From an uncultured Solirubrobacterales bacterium (lineage in GTDB: Bacteria > Actinomycetota > Thermoleophilia > Solirubrobacterales > Solirubrobacteraceae), in NCBI GenBank assembly GCA_963844585.1, contig CAWJOV010000001.1:40312-104311 (forward strand): a DNA stretch of 64,000 nt, given 5' to 3'. A program made the position numbers and the translations under genes. Shown here in pieces: positions 58,828-64,000 of the stretch; position 1 is the first letter of the stretch, and the number at the start of each line of letters is the position of its first letter. The notes beneath the pieces were generated by a model. The model did not search any database. It was not told the DNA's origin and worked only from the letters and a program-made list of their open reading frames with translations.

Positions 58828-60638
58828 CGCCCAGCCCCCCGCGGATGCGCTCGCTCGCGGACGTGTTCGCGAGCGGGCTGGCGCGCAGCCCCGACGGCCC
58901 CGCCGTGCGCGAGCCCGGTCGCGAGGTGAGCTACCGCGAGCTCGACGCGTTGATCGAGCGACTGGTGGCGTCGCTCGTCGAGCTCGGCGTGGGCCGCGGG
59001 GAGCGCGTGGCGGTGTGGCTGCCCAAGTCGGTCGAGGCGATCGCCGCAATGCAGGCCGCCGTGCGCGTGGGCGCGGCGTACGTCCCGATCGATCCGCTCA
59101 GCCCACCTGAGCGCGTGCGGCGGGTGCTCGGCGACTGCCAGGCGTCGGCGTGCGTGGCGAGCGCCGAGGGTATCGAGCAGGCGCTGGCGGGCGAGCTCCC
59201 CGGTCTTTCGCTGGTGACGCCCGCGGCGGGCAGCGACGGGTGGGAGGTGCGGCGCGGCGTCGATCCGCGCGAAACGCCTCTCGAGAGGTGGCCTGTCGGG
59301 AAAGGAGCCGGTGGCGCGGCGGCGGCGCGGCGGGGTATCGATGGGGGCGGTGTCGATCGGCGGGGTGTCGATGGACGGGGTGTCGATGGGGGCGGTGTCG
59401 ATCGGCGGGGTGTCGATGGACGGGGTGTCGATGGGGGCGGTGTCGATCGGCGGGGTGTCGATGGACGGGGTGTCGATGGGGGCGGTGTCGGTCGGCGGGG
59501 CATTGATAGGGACGGCGTCGGTCGGCGGCGCGTACGCGAGGCGGCTCCCGTGGGCACGCTCGCCGACACGGACTCCCCGGGCGAGGACGAGCTCGCCTAC
59601 ATCCTCTACACCTCGGGCTCGACCGGCACGCCAAAGGGGGTGTGCATCTCGCACCGTAACGCGCTCGCGTTCGTCGAATGGGCGTACGCCGAGCTTGCGC
59701 CGACTGACGAGGACCGGTTCGCCAACCACGCGCCGCTGCACTTCGACCTGTCGGTGCTCGACCTCTACGTGGCGTTCCTAGCGGGCGCCTGCGTGTGCCT
59801 GATCCCGGAGACGATCTCGTTCATCCCCGCGCGGCTGGTGGAGCTGGTGCGCGCTGAGCGCATCACGATCTGGTACTCGGTGCCCTCCGCGCTGATGTTG
59901 ATGGAGCGTGCCGGGCTGCTCGAGGATCCCCCGCAGGCGCTGCGTGCCGTGCTGTTCGCCGGCGAGCCCTTCCCGATCGAGCCGTTGCGCCATCTGCGCG
60001 GCGCGCTGCCGCGGGCGCGGCTTTTGAACCTGTACGGCCCCACCGAGACCAACGTCTGCACCTGGTATGAGGTGGGCGAGATCGACGAGGACGCCGAGCG
60101 GCCGGTGCCGATCGGCAAGGCGTGTTCGGGCGACAAGGTGTGGATCGAAGATCGCGACGGCTTTCCGGTGCCGGTCGGCGGGCGTGGCGAGCTGGTGGTG
60201 GAGGGGCCGACGGTGATGCTCGGCTACTGGGGCGCGCGTCGGCAGCGCGGGCCGTATCGAACCGGCGACATCGCCGAGCGCATCTCGCCCGAGGAGTACC
60301 GCTACGTGGGCCGCCGCGACGCGATGGTGAAGGTGCGGGGGCACCGCGTGGAGCTGGGCGAAGTCGAGGCGGCGCTGGTCGCCCACGAGGAGATCCGCGA
60401 GGCCGCGGTGGTGGTGCTCGGCACGGGTCTCGACAGCCGTCTCGTGGCCGCCGTGGTGGCCCGCGCCGATACTGCCCTGGGGCTGCTGGAGATCAAGCGC
60501 TGGTGCGCGGAGCGCCTGCCGCGCTACATGATCGTGCACGAGCTGCGCGTGCTCGCCGAGTTGCCCCGCAGCCGCAACGGCAAGCTCGACCGCCGCGCGC
60601 TTGCCGCGCAGCTGTCGGCGGGGGAGCCGGCCCTGTGA
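58815..60638 (+). CDS. stand-alone adenylation enzyme (DltA / NRPS A-domain type)
   Basis: Start at GTG 58815. Core motifs LAYILYTSGSTGTPKGV, FDLSV, NLYGPTET, YRTGD, GRRDAMVKVRGHRVELGEVE, NGKLDR. Confidence 0.85.
   Translation: MSTLAPSPPRMRSLADVFASGLARSPDGPAVREPGREVSYRELDALIERLVASLVELGVGRGERVAVWLPKSVEAIAAMQAAVRVGAAYVPIDPLSPPERVRRVLGDCQASACVASAEGIEQALAGELPGLSLVTPAAGSDGWEVRRGVDPRETPLERWPVGKGAGGAAAARRGIDGGGVDRRGVDGRGVDGGGVDRRGVDGRGVDGGGVDRRGVDGRGVDGGGVGRRGIDRDGVGRRRVREAAPVGTLADTDSPGEDELAYILYTSGSTGTPKGVCISHRNALAFVEWAYAELAPTDEDRFANHAPLHFDLSVLDLYVAFLAGACVCLIPETISFIPARLVELVRAERITIWYSVPSALMLMERAGLLEDPPQALRAVLFAGEPFPIEPLRHLRGALPRARLLNLYGPTETNVCTWYEVGEIDEDAERPVPIGKACSGDKVWIEDRDGFPVPVGGRGELVVEGPTVMLGYWGARRQRGPYRTGDIAERISPEEYRYVGRRDAMVKVRGHRVELGEVEAALVAHEEIREAAVVVLGTGLDSRLVAAVVARADTALGLLEIKRWCAERLPRYMIVHELRVLAELPRSRNGKLDRRALAAQLSAGEPAL
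59334..59528 (+). repeat. 15-bp x13 in-frame repeat (GVDxx) inside the adenylation gene
   Basis: Codon-aligned units GIDGG, GVDRR, GVDGR and so on, with a 45-bp higher-order period x3. Lies immediately N-terminal to the A3 motif. Confidence 0.95.
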
Positions 60639-60901
60639 GCTCGGTCGAGCTTGTCTCCTATATCGAACCGCTGCGTGCGTTCATCGAGCGCGACCATCTC
60701 GACGGCCGCGTGACACTCACCGACGACGCGCCGCTGTTGGAGTGGGGGGTGATCGATTCGCTCGCGCTCGCCGATCTGATGGCGTTCATCGAAGAGCGCT
60801 TCGCCGTGAGCGTGCCACTGGAGGCGGTGACCCCGGCGAACTTCCGCACCCTGCAGACGATCGCGGCGATGCTCCAGGAGCTGGTGGCGGGTGAGCGCTG
60901 A
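60635..60901 (+). CDS. carrier protein (DltC/PCP-like)
   Basis: GTG overlaps the adenylase stop (GTGA). 88 aa with the phosphopantetheine site LLEWGVIDSLALADLMAFIEERF. Confidence 0.75.
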   Translation: MSSVELVSYIEPLRAFIERDHLDGRVTLTDDAPLLEWGVIDSLALADLMAFIEERFAVSVPLEAVTPANFRTLQTIAAMLQELVAGER

Positions 60902-60902
60902 G

Positions 60903-61118
60903 ATGGCGATTGCGAATAAGCACGAGGTGGCCGCGGCGGGTGTGCACGAGATGGCGACCGCGGGTGGGCACGGCAAGGGCGCCCACTGTGAGCGCCAGAT
61001 GGCTGCCCAGGGAAAGCGCGAGATGGCGACCGCGGGTGGGCACGGCAAGGGCGCCCACTGTGAGCGCCAGATGGCTGCCCAGGGAAAGCGCGAGATGACA
61101 ACCGCCGGTGAGGGCTGA
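60903..61118 (+). repeat. 72-bp repeats forming a 71-aa (75-aa from the alternative GTG at 60891) bridging ORF between carrier protein and KS
   Basis: gagatg-anchored units start at 60948, 61020 and 61092. The junction string GGTGAG(C/G)GCTGAGATG is present at both 60889 and 61106. Confidence 0.85.
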
Positions 61119-61119
61119 G

Positions 61120-63198
61120 ATGTCCGCCGCACGACCGCCGCTGGCGATCGTCGGCGTGGGCGCGCGCCTGCCCGGCAGCAGCGGTCCCGGTGCGTTCTGG
61201 GAGACGCTGCTGGGAGAGCGCGAGGAGATCGTCGACACCCCCGCCTACCGTGCCCGCACGCGCGCCAGCGAGGAGCGGCCGCCGACGCGCCGCGGCGTGC
61301 GGCGACGAGGCTCGGTCGGCGACGTGGAAGGGTTCGATTGGCGCGCTTTCCGCATGTCGCCGCGGGAGAGCAAGTACGTGGACCCCCAGCAGCGGCTGCT
61401 GCTGGAGACCGCCTGGGAGGCGCTCGAAGACGCCGGGATCCCGTTTGAGCGCATCGCCGGCACGCACACGGCGGTGTTCATGGGAATCATGTGGCCGGAC
61501 TACGCGAAGCTGCTCGCCGAGAACCCCGCGCAGCTCGCCGCCTATGCCACCTCTGGCGTGGGGTTTGCGCTGGCCGCCAACCGCATCTCTCACACTTTCG
61601 ACCTGCGTGGGCCAAGCGTCTCGCTCGACGTTCAGTGCGCCTCTTCGTTGGTAGCAGTATGCCTGGCGGCGTCGGCGATCTGGAGCGGCGACGCCGAGCT
61701 GGCGCTGGCAGGGGGCGTCAACCTGATTTTGGCGGCGGACTCCGACGTGATGATGGGCCGCGCGGGCATCCTCTCGCCGACCGGCCGCTGCATGACCTTC
61801 GACGCCGGGGCCGACGGCTTCGTGCGGGGCGAGGGCGCCGGTGTGATCGTCCTCAAGCCGCTTGCGGACGCGCTCGCCGACGGCGACCGCGTGCTCGCGA
61901 CGATCCGCGGCGCGGCGTGCAACCACGATGGGCGCCGCGCGGCGCTGACCGCTCCCTCGCACGACAGCCAGGTAGAGCTGGTGCGACGCGCCTGTGCGAG
62001 CGCCGGGGTGCAGCCGCGCGAGCTGGACTACGTGGAGCTGCACGGCACCGGCACGCAGAAGGGCGACCCGATCGAGGCGCGCGCGCTGGGTGAGGCGGTC
62101 GCCGGGCGCCACCAAGGCGATCCCTGCCTGGTGGGGTCGGTGAAGACCAACATCGGCCACTGCGAGTCGGCGGCGGGGGTCGCCTCGGTGATCAAGGTGG
62201 CGCTGGCGCTCCACCACGGAGTGATTCCGGCGACGATCAACCACACCGAGTTGCACCCCGAGATCGAGGCGGGCGCGCTGGGAGTCGAGCTGGTGACGGC
62301 TGCGCGCCCCTGGCCGGCGCGTACCCGTCCGTGGCTGGCGGGGATCAACGGCCTTTCGCTGGGCGGTGGCAACGCGCACGTGGTGCTCGAGCAGGCGCCC
62401 GCGGTGGTGGCGAGCGCCGATGCCGAGGGCTACGCCCTGCCTGGACCGCCGGTGTTGGTGTTGTCGGCGCGCACCGACTCTTCGTTGCGTGAGCTGGCGC
62501 TCGCCTATGCGCGACATCTCGAAGGGCTCGGCGATGACCATGCGGCGCTGCACGCGACGTGCGCGGCGGCGGCATTGCGACGGACTCACCACGAGCGCCG
62601 CGTGGCGGCCTTTGCCCAGAGCTCCGCGGAACTCGCCACGGCGCTGCGCCGGTTCGCTCGCGTTGCCGCCGGCACGGCCGTGTCACTGCCACCCCCCCGT
62701 ACCTCGCCCCGGGTTGGGCTGCGGCTCTCCGCGGATTTCGACGCTCACGCGCTGGAGACGCTGCGCGGGCGCTTGGCCGCGTGGGATGTGGCGGAGGTCT
62801 GCACCCTGGTGGGCGCCGACGATCTTCTTGGCGGTGAGGTGTCGTCGGCCATCGCGGCGTCGCCTGCCGCCACGGCGTCGCCTGCCGCCACGGCGTCGCC
62901 TGCCACCACGGCGCCGCCGGTCGCCGCGGAGCCGCCCTGCTCCGGCGAGCCACCGCGCCCGAGTGCCCCAAACCGGGAGCAGATGCTGGAGCTCGGGCCG
63001 TTGACGAGTCCGCAGGAGCTGCTCGCGTTTCTCTACCGCGGCGGCTGTACGGTGCAATGGTCGGCGATCTACGGTGCCCATTGCCCGGCGGTTGCGCTGC
63101 CAACGTACCGCTGGGAGCGCGAGCGGCTGTGGATCGACCCACTGCCGGAGAGCGCGATGGCGGACGGAGTTAGAGGCGATCTTGCGCACGCCGGTTGA
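61120..63198 (+). CDS. stand-alone type I PKS-style ketosynthase with C-terminal linker, no AT
   Basis: IAIVGVGARLPG, DPQQRLLLE, active-site DVQCASSL, HGTGT, NIGHCESAAG, then a tail of about 250 aa containing ASPAAT x3 (62857-62910). Alternative GTG start at 61108. Confidence 0.85.
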   Translation: MSAARPPLAIVGVGARLPGSSGPGAFWETLLGEREEIVDTPAYRARTRASEERPPTRRGVRRRGSVGDVEGFDWRAFRMSPRESKYVDPQQRLLLETAWEALEDAGIPFERIAGTHTAVFMGIMWPDYAKLLAENPAQLAAYATSGVGFALAANRISHTFDLRGPSVSLDVQCASSLVAVCLAASAIWSGDAELALAGGVNLILAADSDVMMGRAGILSPTGRCMTFDAGADGFVRGEGAGVIVLKPLADALADGDRVLATIRGAACNHDGRRAALTAPSHDSQVELVRRACASAGVQPRELDYVELHGTGTQKGDPIEARALGEAVAGRHQGDPCLVGSVKTNIGHCESAAGVASVIKVALALHHGVIPATINHTELHPEIEAGALGVELVTAARPWPARTRPWLAGINGLSLGGGNAHVVLEQAPAVVASADAEGYALPGPPVLVLSARTDSSLRELALAYARHLEGLGDDHAALHATCAAAALRRTHHERRVAAFAQSSAELATALRRFARVAAGTAVSLPPPRTSPRVGLRLSADFDAHALETLRGRLAAWDVAEVCTLVGADDLLGGEVSSAIAASPAATASPAATASPATTAPPVAAEPPCSGEPPRPSAPNREQMLELGPLTSPQELLAFLYRGGCTVQWSAIYGAHCPAVALPTYRWERERLWIDPLPESAMADGVRGDLAHAG

Positions 63199-63205
63199 GA
63201 GCCCG

Positions 63206-63952
63206 ATGCAGTCCGGCTGTGCGCTGGTGAGCGGCGCTTCGCGCGGCATTGGCGCGGCCTGCGCCCAACAGCTGGCGCGGAGCGGTTGGGCCGTGGGGGT
63301 GAACTTCCGCGCGAACGAGGCGCAGGCGCTGGAGACGGTCGATGCGATCGAGCGTGCCGGGGGACGAGCACTGGCGCTGGCGGGCGACGTCTGCGAGCAG
63401 GGGGATGTCGAGAGCATGTTTGCGCGCCTGGAGGAGGTGTATGGGCCGGTGTTGGTGCTCGTTAACAACGCGGGAATCACGCACGATGCGCTTGCGATGC
63501 AGTTGCGCGACGAGGAGTGGCGGAGTGTGATCGAGACGAACCTCGGCGGGGCTTTCCGGATGACGCGCCGCGCACTGCGCGCGATGATGCGCGCGCGCTT
63601 CGGGCGGATCGTCAACGTCGCCTCGCTGAGCGCGCTCCGGGCGGTTCCCGGACAGTCCAACTACGCAGCCTCGAAGGCGGGGCTGATCGCCCTCACGATG
63701 ACGATCGCGATCGAGGTGGCACGCCGCGGCGTGACCGTCAACGCGGTTGCACCGGGCCTGATCGAGACGGACATGACGCGCGAGCTACTCGACGGCGACG
63801 TGCACGAGCGGGTACCGGCGATGCGCATCGGCGATGCCTGCGAGGTTGCCTCATGCGTCGACTTCCTCGTCTCCCCACAAGCGGGGTACATCACGGGTGC
63901 GGTGATACCAATCGATGGAGGCCTCAGTGCGGCGGCGTCCTCACCTCCTTGA
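63206..63952 (+). CDS. 3-oxoacyl-ACP reductase (FabG-type SDR)
   Basis: Start at ATG 63206. SGASRGIGAA, NNAGI, and catalytic S...YAASKAG. Confidence 0.85.
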   Translation: MQSGCALVSGASRGIGAACAQQLARSGWAVGVNFRANEAQALETVDAIERAGGRALALAGDVCEQGDVESMFARLEEVYGPVLVLVNNAGITHDALAMQLRDEEWRSVIETNLGGAFRMTRRALRAMMRARFGRIVNVASLSALRAVPGQSNYAASKAGLIALTMTIAIEVARRGVTVNAVAPGLIETDMTRELLDGDVHERVPAMRIGDACEVASCVDFLVSPQAGYITGAVIPIDGGLSAAASSPP

Positions 63953-64000
63953 TTCACGGCCGCCGCCCTTCTCTGGGTCACGCCCATCGTCCCGCTCTGG

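Noticed and set aside
60903-61118. The bridging ORF as a RiPP precursor peptide of the cluster.
   Set aside because: No RiPP maturation enzyme (YcaO, LanM/LanB, radical SAM, protease or transporter) is seen in the window. The ORF boundaries are explained by junction duplication. It is kept only as a low-probability alternative.
55834-63198. A mycolate-condensation-like module (AccD4 / FadD32 / Pks13 logic with InhA paralogs and a CmrA-like KR).
   Set aside because: The adenylase has amino-acid-type cores (FDLSV Asp, NGKLDR) and a DltC-like carrier rather than FAAL features. The KS also lacks the ACP/AT/TE domains fused to it in Pks13. The gene-set resemblance is noted but not supported.

Overview
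High-GC, densely coding chromosomal window with actinobacterial hallmarks: InhA-type enoyl reductases, LmbU- and PucR-type regulators, many 4-nt ATGA/GTGA gene overlaps, and near-leaderless starts. I found no rRNA, tRNA, CRISPR array, transposase or integrase. From left to right the window contains: (1) housekeeping and stress genes: a PRTase, a cNMP-domain flavoprotein lacking the TrxR CxxC, a VOC protein, a MacB-type ABC pair, an Ada-AlkA/Ogt alkylation-repair pair, and PyrB. (2) A visibly lower-GC stretch (about 11.1-18.6 kb) encoding a secreted Vgb-like propeller protein and a 1912-aa secreted giant (7 Cys-pair repeats, acidic linker, clan GH-A-like barrel, FN3, RCC1 propeller). (3) A sugar ABC importer and several hydrolases. 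(4) A two-operon exopolysaccharide locus (26.9-36.3 kb). (5) A DUF2294 pair, an ADH, ThyX, an Sfp-type PPTase, PepF and a GH76-like enzyme. (6) A soluble poly-HAMP hybrid kinase followed by a REC-PP2C-kinase/STAS partner-switching pair (44.3-49.9 kb). (7) From about 50 kb to the window edge, a truncated biosynthetic cluster made entirely of stand-alone enzymes: PucR and LmbU regulators, two InhA-like enoyl reductases (ERs), a trans-acting acyltransferase (AT), a carboxyltransferase (CT), an acyl-CoA dehydrogenase (ACAD), a DltA-like adenylase, a carrier protein, a stand-alone ketosynthase (KS) and a ketoreductase (KR). The most unusual sequence-level signal is recurrent: local tandem duplications sit exactly on gene junctions. 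Four of them lie between co-directional genes. Each regenerates the stop/start overlap at both ends and so creates a short bridging ORF (25, 21, 27 and 71-75 codons). Three more duplicate the stop-codon region at 3' ends, and further arrays sit in cluster promoters or in frame inside enzyme domains. All functional calls come from motif reading by eye; no database search was run.
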